A stretch of 64,000 nt of DNA from Minisyncoccota bacterium (GTDB lineage Bacteria > Patescibacteriota > Minisyncoccia > Phycocordibacterales > Phycocordibacteraceae): positions 11,889-75,888 of the forward strand of contig JBBAAE010000001.1 of the NCBI GenBank assembly GCA_041658485.1, given 5' to 3'. The translations under genes were made by a program, and so were the position numbers. The notes under the pieces were generated by a model, which saw only the letters and a program-made list of their open reading frames with translations, was not told the origin of the DNA and ran no database searches. Of the stretch, positions 47,962-57,347 are shown piece after piece. Each line of letters opens with the position of its first letter. Positions within the stretch are counted from its first letter, which is position 1.

Positions 47962-49324
47962 ACCGGAACACCAACAAGCCTACAGTTGCATACAAAAACC
48001 CGAGCACCATTAAAAGTGGCCACATCCACTCTCGTGGAATAGGGAGCGATGCAAACGGCAATGAGCCGAAAAATGTTGCTATAGAAATAATATAGGAAAG
48101 AATTCCATAGCCGAGAATACTTAAGGGGAAAGCGAATATCGGCGAGAGAAGTGCAGTAATCGATGCGAAAAATCCAACAAACATTGCAATCGGAACTGCA
48201 GGAAGAACCAAAACATTAGCGGGCAAAAAAACTAATGACACCGCTCCGATAGAAAATATAAGAAGTGGTAACACGGTCACTTGTGTTGCCAGAGTCGTCG
48301 ACACAATTTCCCGAAACGGGAAATATTTAAAGTCAGGAATGAACTTCAAACGACTCGCGATTGTTTCAGAGAAAAGTATAAGTCCGAGCGTTGCAAGAAT
48401 GGAGAGTTGGAATGAAAGGTCATAGAGAACGATGTACGGATTCCACAAAGCCATCACCGCCGCCGCAATTGCGAGCATGCGGAGTGCTACTTTTGGTCGA
48501 TGCAACACAGTAGCAACCATCATTAAGAGCGCCATGATGAGGGCTCTGATTGTAGTCTCGGAGCCACCGGTCATGATCGCAAAGCCAATAACAAAAAGTG
48601 CAGAGAAGCCGTATGCAACAGTTCGTGGAAATATTTTTAAAAATATAAATAAAATCCATTGAATAACCAGCGCGACATTGTATCCAGAGAGAACAATAAT
48701 ATGTATCACACCGGCACTTCGAAAGAATCCTGTTATTTTTTCACCTAACGATTGTTTTTCACCAAGAAGCAAGCCAGCAAGAAGTGCAGATTGAGGTTCT
48801 GGCACTGCGCGCTCAATTCCTTTAATAAATAAATGTTTAACAGATAGAAGCCCTGCAACAATTACATTTCCCTCCCCAGTTCTGAGTTTCGTAACCTGCG
48901 GGAATGAAATTGTGTAGAAAATACTATGCGCACGAAGATACTTTGGATAATTAAATGTCCGTCCTGAGTCAGTTTCAAATGGTTCAGGCTTTTTAAGTTT
49001 TCCTTTTACACTAACGCGATCCCCATAGACGGCCGTCTCAAACGAATCCGCAAAGAGAAGTACTCTCACTTTTTCTGCAACAGAAACACCATTCAACTTT
49101 TCCACTTTCACAACAAGATGTGTGGTGCGTTCACGCTGGTCGGGGTCTCTCACCACTACACCCTCGACAACGACACTAGTATCAACTGAATCTTCAAAAA
49201 TCGAAGGAAATTTTTCAGGCACAAGGACTGAATACGCCCCTGCACCAATAACAACCGCGATACAAAGTAGCGGTACGAAATTTCGAATTAAAAAGTCCCT
49301 TAAAAATTCTGTATGATATATCAT
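47915..49324 (-). CDS. comEC: ComEC/Rec2 DNA-uptake channel protein (N-terminal DUF4131 plus competence domain only)
   Basis: 469 aa. N-terminal transmembrane and OB-like region, then a polytopic domain with LLAGLLLGEKQSLGEKITGFFRSAGVIHIIVLSGYNVALV. It lacks the MBL domain, which is encoded separately at 46465-47301. Confidence 0.75.
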   Translation of the reverse strand: MIYHTEFLRDFLIRNFVPLLCIAVVIGAGAYSVLVPEKFPSIFEDSVDTSVVVEGVVVRDPDQRERTTHLVVKVEKLNGVSVAEKVRVLLFADSFETAVYGDRVSVKGKLKKPEPFETDSGRTFNYPKYLRAHSIFYTISFPQVTKLRTGEGNVIVAGLLSVKHLFIKGIERAVPEPQSALLAGLLLGEKQSLGEKITGFFRSAGVIHIIVLSGYNVALVIQWILFIFLKIFPRTVAYGFSALFVIGFAIMTGGSETTIRALIMALLMMVATVLHRPKVALRMLAIAAAVMALWNPYIVLYDLSFQLSILATLGLILFSETIASRLKFIPDFKYFPFREIVSTTLATQVTVLPLLIFSIGAVSLVFLPANVLVLPAVPIAMFVGFFASITALLSPIFAFPLSILGYGILSYIISIATFFGSLPFASLPIPREWMWPLLMVLGFLYATVGLLVFRFRKEIALGSKHHSNS

Positions 49325-49364
49325 ACAGAATTTTTAAGGGAGGAATATAAAGACATACTGGGAA

Positions 49365-49784
49365 TCAAATGCCTCTATCCATTGCTTCGTTTGCAAGAGC
49401 GTCCGCTTCACTATTTTCTTCGCGCGGTATGTGCATAAATTTTATTTGAGGAAATGATTCAGCAATGAGTACACGCACTTTTGTGTGCTGTTCTTTAAGT
49501 ACTGGATGCTTCACTTTGTATTCGCCTTTCATCTGTCGAACAATTAATTCTGAATCCATTCTCACAATCACCTCGTGCGGTACCGGCGTTCCAAACGAAT
49601 CAACCGTTGCTCTAAGTGCCAAAATGAGTGCTTCATACTCTGCCCAATTATTAGTACGCACGCCTAAGAATGCTGAGATGCTCGCCGCATTCTTCCCTTT
49701 CAAATCTTTTACGACAGCACCAGCGCCCGACGGTCCGGGATTTCCTCGCGAACCTCCATCGGTATAAATAATCACATGTGACAT
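49365..49784 (-). CDS. rnhA: Ribonuclease HI
   Basis: VIIYTDGGSRGNPGPSGAGAV...TNNWAEYEALILAL...EENSEADALANEA. Confidence 0.85.
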   Translation of the reverse strand: MSHVIIYTDGGSRGNPGPSGAGAVVKDLKGKNAASISAFLGVRTNNWAEYEALILALRATVDSFGTPVPHEVIVRMDSELIVRQMKGEYKVKHPVLKEQHTKVRVLIAESFPQIKFMHIPREENSEADALANEAMDRGI

Positions 49785-49975
49785 TGGGGCATTGTATCGC
49801 ACAGTTTAATGTATCCGCACTAAACACACTTTAGTATTTTGCAAAAAACTAAAGTGTACAAATGTGGAGATTGAGAGTGTCTGTATACTACTTTGACAAA
49901 ATAATATATTTAAAGCATAATCATGACTCTGGAATTTTGAAATAACTTCTAATTTGTAATAAAAATTTAATTTAT

Positions 49976-50173
49976 ATGCCATTTGGTGCATTCGAAGTAT
50001 TGAGAGCAGGTTCTCGCCCATCTAGAAAAGAACGACCTAGATGCAAAATCTGTACAGGGAAGAAAATGATAGGCTACTGGAAAATTGAAACAGTTGGTAG
50101 ATTTAAGGTGCGACAAAAAAGATGGGCGTATAAAAAATGTAGTGCCTGTGGTGGGAGTGGGAGAAAAAATTGA
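49976..50173 (+). CDS. Small (65 aa) DnaJ-type CxxCxGxG zinc-finger protein (candidate)
   Basis: CKICTGKK...(about 27 aa)...CSACGGSG. Basic. Architecture similar to the 59-aa ORF at 16708-16884. Confidence 0.35.
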   Translation: MPFGAFEVLRAGSRPSRKERPRCKICTGKKMIGYWKIETVGRFKVRQKRWAYKKCSACGGSGRKN

Positions 50174-50186
50174 TTGCCGTGCACCT

Positions 50187-50909
50187 CTAGAGAGGAACTT
50201 CGATGATGAGCACCTTGGCTGAGATAGACGAGGTAATCGTCATCTCATCTGTGCCTGAAACTGCCATAGCGTCGCGTGAATGTAGAATCTCTCCATCGAG
50301 AGTAACTTTCCCTTCAACCACAAACAGATACACACCATTACCTTTCTCTTTCAAGTTGTACGTACAAGGAATATTTTTATCTAACACTGCATACGAAATA
50401 TATGCGTCCTGATTAATGGGTAAACCACTACCCACTCCAATAGGTGCAACAAGCAGTGTCAATCCATTCTTTACTTCAGCAAGATTGAAAGAGCTTTGAG
50501 CGTAGTGAGGCTCAATACCAAATTCTTTTGGCTGTATCCATATTTGAAATAAAGAAAGAGCTTCTTCTTTCGAGTCATTATATTCGGAGTGCGTAACGCC
50601 AGTTCCGGCGGACATAACCTGCACGTCGCCCGCAGGAACTATCCCGATGTTTCCCATACTGTCTTTATGGGTCACAGTGCCATAAGTCACAATGGTGATT
50701 ATTTCCATATCTTGATGATGATGCATACCAAAACCGGAGCTTGCTGAAATCACGTCGTCGTTAATGACTCGAAGTGCACCAAAACCCATACGTGTTGGCT
50801 CATGCCAATCTGCAAAACTAAAACTGTAGCGAGTAGTGAGCCACCCATACTCCCCTCTCCCCCTATCACCACTTCGATCTATCACTTTTTTCATACTCAA
50901 AATCTTCAC
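50187..50909 (-). CDS. Pirin-family cupin protein
   Basis: GFGMHHHQDMEIITIVTYGTVTHKDSMGN...GDVQVMSAGTGVTHSE, bicupin, 240 aa. Confidence 0.75.
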   Translation of the reverse strand: MKILSMKKVIDRSGDRGRGEYGWLTTRYSFSFADWHEPTRMGFGALRVINDDVISASSGFGMHHHQDMEIITIVTYGTVTHKDSMGNIGIVPAGDVQVMSAGTGVTHSEYNDSKEEALSLFQIWIQPKEFGIEPHYAQSSFNLAEVKNGLTLLVAPIGVGSGLPINQDAYISYAVLDKNIPCTYNLKEKGNGVYLFVVEGKVTLDGEILHSRDAMAVSGTDEMTITSSISAKVLIIEVPL

Positions 50910-52570
50910 GCTGTAACAATATTCTCTATCCGTAATCGCAACTCCTTCCTACCTGCGAAATAGGATCGTTCCACAGAGGCTTCAATGGTGCAGACATCAC
51001 CAACTGAAAGAAGTCCAAGTTTCTCCTTAAATAGAGAGCGTGGAACGAAAAAGACTATTGCATCCGCCTTGCGCCCCGAATCATCAGCGAGGGTAAGCCG
51101 GAGGTGATCCTTTGCTTTACCAAAATAATTAATGCCAGCAATTGAAACATTGTGGAATCTAAAAAATGGCTTGGGATTCTCCATTCCGAAAGGACCAAGG
51201 GAACGGAGTGCATCGAACGCAACATCATTTACTTCGGCAAGGGTGAGCGAGCTTTCAACCATTCCTTTATTCCTGCCACCCGAATCTATCTCCCCACCTC
51301 CTTTTGTTGTAATCAACTCGAGCGCTTGTTGAAGCTTTAATGGTAGGTCGTGAATTTTTTCAGGCGAGACAGAAAAACCACCCGCAAGCTCATGTCCGCC
51401 AAAATCCAAAAACGCATCTTTAGCCTCCACCATTAACGAAACAATATTCACGGTGCCATTTGACCGGCATGAGCCTTTTATCAAACCGCCATCCATTCCC
51501 CACAAACACACGGTGCGTTGATATGTCTCAACAACACTTGTTGCAGCTATGCCTAAGAGGGACGGGCGCCACGATTGGCTCCCCATCACAATGACTGAGT
51601 CCGATGTAGGTGTCATTTCCATGCGCTTCTTTACATCCTTCGCAACACGCATGCCTTCAATTTTTCGCTCTTGGTTTAATTGCACTAACTCTTTCGCAAT
51701 CTCGCGTGCCCGCGTCTCTGATTCAGTAGTCAATAACTCGAAAGAAAGTTTAGGGCTTTTCATGCGCGATGCTGCATTTATTTTTGGTGCAATTGAAAAA
51801 GCTATGTCATCTTCTGCAACAGTCATAAGCGGAATGCGCTCAGCTTCAAGTAATGCTTTGAGCCCGGGACGCCTACCTTTACGAAGTACCGTGAGTCCAA
51901 ATTTTACGAGCGTTCTATTCTCTCCAGTTAGTGGGACCATGTCGGCAACTGTTGCAACAGCCACTAAATCTAAAAGCCATTTCTCCGAGCCTTCCGGAAT
52001 ATCAAACGAACCTTTTTGAATAAGTGCCTCTACTAACTTAAATGCAACACCCGTGCCACACAGCCCCTTGAATGGATACACATCATTCGACTGGTGCGCA
52101 TTGATGACTGCGAGAGCCGGAGGAAGTGTAGCTTGAGGAAGATGGTGATCAGTAATAATTGTTTCAATGCCGAGAGTGCTTGCATGTGCCACCTCTACAA
52201 CATCAGTGATTCCACAATCAACAGTAACAATGAGCGAGACACCTTTTTCTTTCAGAGAATCAATACCAGAAATATTCAAACCATACCCTTCGCTTCGCTC
52301 GGGCACATAGGTTTCCACTTCATATCCAATACGACGAAAAAAATCAAAGAGGAGTGCGCCCCCAGGAATACCATCACAATCATAGTCGTGCCATACGCAA
52401 ATCTTTTCTTTCTTTTTTATAGCCTCAAGAATGCGAGCTACCGCCGTCTCCATTCCCTTCAAAAGAAACGGGTCGTGACGTGCGTCGTAGAGAGGATTCA
52501 AGAACAATTCTTTATCTGTAATTTTCCTATTCTCCAATATTCGCTCTACAAGAGGGTGCAGGATACTCAT
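50906..52570 (-). CDS. recJ: Single-stranded-DNA-specific exonuclease RecJ
   Basis: DHH-family motifs (VWHDYDCDGIPG, IITDHH), a DHHA1-like region, 554 aa. Confidence 0.85.
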   Translation of the reverse strand: MSILHPLVERILENRKITDKELFLNPLYDARHDPFLLKGMETAVARILEAIKKKEKICVWHDYDCDGIPGGALLFDFFRRIGYEVETYVPERSEGYGLNISGIDSLKEKGVSLIVTVDCGITDVVEVAHASTLGIETIITDHHLPQATLPPALAVINAHQSNDVYPFKGLCGTGVAFKLVEALIQKGSFDIPEGSEKWLLDLVAVATVADMVPLTGENRTLVKFGLTVLRKGRRPGLKALLEAERIPLMTVAEDDIAFSIAPKINAASRMKSPKLSFELLTTESETRAREIAKELVQLNQERKIEGMRVAKDVKKRMEMTPTSDSVIVMGSQSWRPSLLGIAATSVVETYQRTVCLWGMDGGLIKGSCRSNGTVNIVSLMVEAKDAFLDFGGHELAGGFSVSPEKIHDLPLKLQQALELITTKGGGEIDSGGRNKGMVESSLTLAEVNDVAFDALRSLGPFGMENPKPFFRFHNVSIAGINYFGKAKDHLRLTLADDSGRKADAIVFFVPRSLFKEKLGLLSVGDVCTIEASVERSYFAGRKELRLRIENIVTA

Positions 52571-52681
52571 TACAAGCTATGGTAGCATTTTGGAAAGAAA
52601 GCTTTCAGGTTCCAGGTGTCAGCTTTCAGCTTTGAATTAAAAGAAGCTGGAACCTAAAAGCTGGCAGCTAACAACTAACTT

Positions 52682-53092
52682 ATGAACGATGATCTTTTCT
52701 TGAAAATTGCACGGCGAGAAATACCAGCAGAAATAGTCTACGAGGATGAAAAAACACTCGCGTTTTTAGACATCCGACCCAACAATCATGGACATACGCT
52801 CGTCATTCCTAAAGAACGGTACAGAAATATCTTAGACATACCAGAAGACCTCTGGCTCGCGGTAATGAAAACGGTACACTTACTCGCGCCAGTTATAAAA
52901 AAAGCGGTTGGAGCCGACGGCATTAACATTGCGATGAATAACGAACCCGCCGCACACCAGCTCGTCTTTCATGCACATGTGCACATCATTCCTCGCTTTG
53001 AGGGCGACCAGCACCAGCCATGGACTGGCACTCCTTATAAAGAAGGTGAAGCAAAAATGATCGCAGAAAAAATACGGGGTTCTTTGAGTTAA
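52682..53092 (+). CDS. HIT-family (histidine triad) nucleotide hydrolase
   Basis: HAHVHIIPR histidine triad, 136 aa. Confidence 0.85.
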   Translation: MNDDLFLKIARREIPAEIVYEDEKTLAFLDIRPNNHGHTLVIPKERYRNILDIPEDLWLAVMKTVHLLAPVIKKAVGADGINIAMNNEPAAHQLVFHAHVHIIPRFEGDQHQPWTGTPYKEGEAKMIAEKIRGSLS

Positions 53093-54207
53093 GTTTTTTT
53101 CTCAAGTGCATCTATCCCCGGCAACGTGCCATTTGCAAGAAAATCAAGCATCGCGCCACCTGCCGTTGAAACGAATGTAAATTTATCCATGAGTCCGAGA
53201 TTTTGAATCGAGGAGAGTGTGTCTCCCCCACCAACAATAGATTTTGCAGATGAGCTCGCAATAGCGATAGCAAGCGCATCGGTTCCTGCAGTGAATCCCT
53301 TTTCAAAATTTCCCATCGGTCCATTCCAAAGTATTGAGCGTGACGCAGTAATGATAGATTGAAGCGCTTGAATAGAAGCTGGGGCAATATCTAAAATAGC
53401 TTCGTCATGCCCAACTTCGCTCGCAAGAATATCTCGTCGCCCCTGTGGCCCTTCAACCGTGACAAACTCGGGGAGAATTATTTTTGGATTGCCGAGCATC
53501 GTGCCTGCGGTCGAAGCTCCTGACACCAGAGATACTCCCACTTCGTACCCTTTCGCTTTGAAAAAATCATTGGCAATAGCCCCGCCAACAAACACGGAGT
53601 CATATTTTTTAAGTAACGTCTCTATTAATGCAACCTTCGTGGTAAGTTTTGCACCACCAACTATTGCAAGCGATGGACTGATCGGTGTAAGTGCAGGAGT
53701 GAGGCCTCTAACTTCATCAAGAAATTGAAATCCTGCGTACGAAGGCAAAATATCGGGTATGCCAACAATGGATGCATGCGCGCGGTGGGATGCAGGAAAT
53801 GCATCATTTACATATATGTCAGCGAGCGACGCGAGCTCATGAGCAAAATGTGCATCATTTTTCTTTTCGTCTTCGCTCATGCGAATGTTTTGTAAGAGGA
53901 CCACTTCCCCATCCTGAATTGCCATCACAGCCTGATGCGCCTCTACTCCTGCTATGTCATTAACGAATGTAAGTGGTATTTTTTTCTTAAGATATTCATA
54001 CACTGGAACCAGCGATCCCCTACTGTCACTCAAATGACTCACGAGAATTACGCGTGCCTCTAAAGCAACGAGAAATTGAATAGATTTCAATGCTCTATCA
54101 ATACGAAATGGGTCAGTAATCGCACTGTTCACTATCGGAGCATTCAAATCCAAACGCAATAAGACACGCTTGCCTTTTATATCTTTCAGTTCATTAATTG
54201 AGCGCAT
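53089..54207 (-). CDS. pgk: Phosphoglycerate kinase
   Basis: MRSINELKDIKGKRVLLRLDLNAPI... with full PGK layout. The start is trimmed to the internal Met; the track ORF extends to 54396. Confidence 0.9.
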   Translation of the reverse strand: MRSINELKDIKGKRVLLRLDLNAPIVNSAITDPFRIDRALKSIQFLVALEARVILVSHLSDSRGSLVPVYEYLKKKIPLTFVNDIAGVEAHQAVMAIQDGEVVLLQNIRMSEDEKKNDAHFAHELASLADIYVNDAFPASHRAHASIVGIPDILPSYAGFQFLDEVRGLTPALTPISPSLAIVGGAKLTTKVALIETLLKKYDSVFVGGAIANDFFKAKGYEVGVSLVSGASTAGTMLGNPKIILPEFVTVEGPQGRRDILASEVGHDEAILDIAPASIQALQSIITASRSILWNGPMGNFEKGFTAGTDALAIAIASSSAKSIVGGGDTLSSIQNLGLMDKFTFVSTAGGAMLDFLANGTLPGIDALEKKT

Positions 54208-54217
54208 GAGGTGCTGG

Positions 54218-54970
54218 CTACTTTTGAAATGCGCGGATAATATTTGTAAATTCTTCAGCATTAACACTTGCACGCCCAGCAAGAAGTCCCTGTATACCAG
54301 GAGTCGTTGCAAACAATGCGGCACTTTCTGTATTGACCGACCCCCCATAGATGATGCGCACCTTAAGCGCGCGCTCTCGTCCCCACAGGTCGGCAATGGT
54401 TTTTCTGATGAACATTATTGCTTCTGCAACAACACGAGACGATGGAGCCTCCGTGGCGCCAATCGCCCAGAGAGGATCATACGCTATCGTAAATTTCGAA
54501 GCGTCTACTGCATTAATGCGTGCGAGCGAAGAGATTACATTGTTACTCAGGTAAGTTAGGTACGCACCTTCAGAGTCACGAGACGGTTCGCCAACACACA
54601 CAATGGGGTGCAATTTTGCCTTAATTGCCGTGACTGCTTTTTTTGCAACAACATCATCAGTATCTCCCTCTCGACGTCGCTCAGCATGCCCAATAATCAC
54701 ATATTTGATTCCTGACGAGACGAGAGCCTTCGGGGAGGTTTGCCCGGTATGCGCTCCGTCTTCTTCAAAAAATACATCTTGCGTACCAAAAGCTATTCGC
54801 TTTCCTCCGTAGCTACTTTTCAAAAGTGATGCGAGCGACACCTGAGGACAAAGAACCACTTCTACCTTCAATCCACGAGGCAACTTCTTATCAATGTCAC
54901 GGATGAGCTTTTTCCCTTCAGCGGGAGTGTTTATATAGAGTTTCCAATTTCCTACAATGAGTTTCTTCAT
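54218..54970 (-). CDS. tpiA: Triosephosphate isomerase
   Basis: MKKLIVGNWKLYIN, IIGHAERR, AYDPLWAIGAT, GGSVN. Confidence 0.9.
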   Translation of the reverse strand: MKKLIVGNWKLYINTPAEGKKLIRDIDKKLPRGLKVEVVLCPQVSLASLLKSSYGGKRIAFGTQDVFFEEDGAHTGQTSPKALVSSGIKYVIIGHAERRREGDTDDVVAKKAVTAIKAKLHPIVCVGEPSRDSEGAYLTYLSNNVISSLARINAVDASKFTIAYDPLWAIGATEAPSSRVVAEAIMFIRKTIADLWGRERALKVRIIYGGSVNTESAALFATTPGIQGLLAGRASVNAEEFTNIIRAFQK

Positions 54971-54995
54971 CGAGAAATCGTAACACGATTGAGGA

Positions 54996-55059
54996 GGGTT
55001 TAGTGGTTAGCGTTTAGGGGTTAGTTTTCTCTAAACACTGCCCACTAAACGCTAAACCC
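54996..55059. repeat. Inverted pair of G-triplet repeat units separated by 6 nt
   Basis: gggtttagtggttagcgtttaggggttag / ctaaacactgcccactaaacgctaaaccc, between the tpiA start and the downstream gene stop. Confidence 0.6.
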
Positions 55060-55064
55060 TTTTG

Positions 55065-56246
55065 CTAGTCCTGCGTACGCCAATCAATAATACGAAATCC
55101 ACTTCCTGTTGCAGGGGTAAATGGTGGCGGTAGTTGCGCTAAAAGTGCATCGTGGACATCTGTCCGAGTACTATAGCCCGAGATAAATGCACCAGACGAT
55201 GTCCATTTTGTTTCAACGGTACTAGGCGATGCAAATGTACCGAAAGTATTTAGTGTGGAACGAAGTACATATGATTGCAGGTCAGTAGGAACAGCATGCG
55301 TACCCGAGGCATCATACCGATGTCGCCCAAAGTGGCCAGTGCTTGCGACAAAAACACCATTCATCTGTAACACATCGGGTGATTGGAGTGAAATCAACAC
55401 TGATCGCTCAGCAATTGCGGTTAACCCATCGTCATATGCGTGCGCATAGGTAATGTTTCCCGTGATAACAATGTCGGGATTAATGCTCGTGCTCGCTACA
55501 TTTGCCCCAGCAAACGTAACCTTTCCAGATACGATCCCCTCAAGCCAAACAGAATCTTCTACAAACACAACAGGACACCCTGATGGTATGGCGTAATTTG
55601 TGGTGGCGCCAATTGAAGCAATTATTGTGTTTTCTTCCTCCCAACCTTCATCATCTGAATATCCCATTATCTCAGTAACTGCGGTAACAGGACTTGCATC
55701 GAATGTTCCGTTCGACTTGAAAACAATTTTATAACCATACGCATCCACAGGCGATGGATCAATATATACACCAGACGCTTGCGCATATGTTTTTAAGTTT
55801 GTGAGGGTGGCCGTAACAACTGCGGAATCAGTCTTTGCTGGACTCGTTGATGCCGCAAGTGTCGGTGTTCCATACTGAGCAATAAGTGTTTTTGTGTGTG
55901 ATGCATTTTCCAGTGCCCATCCCGTTGAACGCACTGATGCGGATGTAAGTACTCCGCAAGAAGTTATACCTGAAATAGCGAGAGAAAAATTCCCGACAGT
56001 AGCTCCGCTTTCCGGATCAAGAATTGCATGTACATATGGCCCAGACAAACCCGTGCCGTCTTGTACATCAGTAGGAAACTCTGAGAAGTGCCACCGATAG
56101 TACTCAAGCCCTGCTTCAGAAATACTTAGTGCTTTGTCGGCCTCAGATCCAAAACGCTCTTTAGTTCTCTCGAGTGTCAACGCACTCATAAAATCAGAGA
56201 GAAGAAAAAAGAAAACAGCGGAAGCAATAAGTACAAAAACAGTCAT
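55065..56246 (-). CDS. Hypothetical secreted / membrane-anchored protein encoded with the pilus genes
   Basis: The track ORF extends to 56315, but its first 23 codons coincide with an intergenic repeat unit. The likely start is the internal Met (MTVFVLIASAVFFFLL..., an N-terminal transmembrane anchor). About 390 aa, Thr/Ser/Gly-rich, no family recognised. Confidence 0.45.
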   Translation of the reverse strand: MTVFVLIASAVFFFLLSDFMSALTLERTKERFGSEADKALSISEAGLEYYRWHFSEFPTDVQDGTGLSGPYVHAILDPESGATVGNFSLAISGITSCGVLTSASVRSTGWALENASHTKTLIAQYGTPTLAASTSPAKTDSAVVTATLTNLKTYAQASGVYIDPSPVDAYGYKIVFKSNGTFDASPVTAVTEIMGYSDDEGWEEENTIIASIGATTNYAIPSGCPVVFVEDSVWLEGIVSGKVTFAGANVASTSINPDIVITGNITYAHAYDDGLTAIAERSVLISLQSPDVLQMNGVFVASTGHFGRHRYDASGTHAVPTDLQSYVLRSTLNTFGTFASPSTVETKWTSSGAFISGYSTRTDVHDALLAQLPPPFTPATGSGFRIIDWRTQD

Positions 56247-56270
56247 AAACCCCCGTGCACTTCTTATGCT

Positions 56271-56306
56271 CCCCCCTAAACTCTCCCCCCTAAACGCTAA
56301 ACCCTG
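56271..56306. repeat. G-triplet family repeat unit (CCCCCCTAAACTCTCCCCCCTAAACGCTAAACCCTG)
   Basis: Spacer between the prepilin gene stop and the 55065 gene. Confidence 0.5.
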
Positions 56307-56311
56307 TTCAT

Positions 56312-56962
56312 TCATAATGCTTTGAGATTACGAAGTGTGGTGGTAGCGGTGAGTATGAACGGGGTGGTCATTCCAGGAGCGAGCACATCAATAGAAACCA
56401 GTACGGATGCGACATCCTTTACTCGGTTCATGTCAGAAACTTCAATGCCGTTCCGATCGTAATAGCGAAAAAGTGAAATGGAGTTAGCGCTGTTGTTCAT
56501 ATACGTTGCCAAGGATTCGCTCACTGGCATACCACTGTATGTTGGCGGAGTACCTGCACTCACTTGGCTCCGAGAAAGTGTAGTCCCATTAATTTGATAC
56601 TGAAATCGCGTCGCTCCAATGCTGTTTGGAGTATTACTAAAAAAAGTTAACGAATATGCGGACATAGAAACAATTGGGTACGAACCATCATTGCCATACG
56701 CAATACTACGCATATCTGTCATTAGTGTAGTAAGCGCCGACCGAGCACTACTTATTTGAGTTAGGGCGCGAGTCCCTGTGTTATTTGTTTTGTAGAGCGC
56801 TAATACCGAATTTGATGCACTCATCATGATCAACGAAACAACCGCAAGAGTCACCAAAACTTCTATCAAACTCATTGCTCGCGCTGTATTATTTTTATGG
56901 TGCAACATAGGTAACTGCAGACATACTGTGTGAAAATCCGCGTATATTCCAACTTGCCTCAA
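56312..56962 (-). CDS. Prepilin-type N-terminal cleavage/methylation domain protein (pilin or pseudopilin)
   Basis: ...ARAMSLIEVLVTLAVVSLIMM class III signal-like segment near the N-terminus. Start uncertain, since the track ORF overlaps the upstream gene. Confidence 0.55.
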   Translation of the reverse strand: MRQVGIYADFHTVCLQLPMLHHKNNTARAMSLIEVLVTLAVVSLIMMSASNSVLALYKTNNTGTRALTQISSARSALTTLMTDMRSIAYGNDGSYPIVSMSAYSLTFFSNTPNSIGATRFQYQINGTTLSRSQVSAGTPPTYSGMPVSESLATYMNNSANSISLFRYYDRNGIEVSDMNRVKDVASVLVSIDVLAPGMTTPFILTATTTLRNLKAL

Positions 56963-57347
56963 CTTTCACTACCTTATAATCATTCCCACCTACGCCATTC
57001 GCTCCATCATCCTTATATGTCACAACCGTTCGAAGTGTGTACGGAATATTATTAATAAGTCGTGATTCAGTAGATACTAAAATTCCTGAAGGAGTACCAC
57101 TAACAGTCCCAACGCTCGCATACGGAAGTCCTCTCACATACTCGACAGTACTCGCAATAAGCGCACTCGCATTTGTGCGCGACGCAATACTTTGCACTAA
57201 TGTAGCGGATGCCGCATATGCACCAAAAAAGCCTAAAAAGATTACGAGCATAAGGGAGACGGCAACAATCACTTCAATGAGTGTCATTCCCCGAGAAGTT
57301 TTCTCCCGTCTTTCCGCACACCTGACACCTGACACCTGACACCTCAT
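56895..57347 (-). CDS. Prepilin-type N-terminal cleavage/methylation domain protein (type IV pilin)
   Basis: Leader ...KTSRG followed by MTLIEVIVAVSLMLVIFLGFFGAY, a canonical G | (F/M)TLIE class III signal. The leader codons contain a (GGTGTCA)x3 tandem. Confidence 0.65.
   Translation of the reverse strand: MRCQVSGVRCAERREKTSRGMTLIEVIVAVSLMLVIFLGFFGAYAASATLVQSIASRTNASALIASTVEYVRGLPYASVGTVSGTPSGILVSTESRLINNIPYTLRTVVTYKDDGANGVGGNDYKVVKVEASWNIRGFSHSMSAVTYVAP

Noticed and set aside
57321-57347. (CACCTGA)x3.5 tandem repeat considered as a possible CRISPR-like or regulatory array
   Set aside because: There are only three short contiguous units with no spacers, and it lies within the pilin leader codons. 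It is a microsatellite, not a CRISPR array. No CRISPR array was found anywhere in the window.
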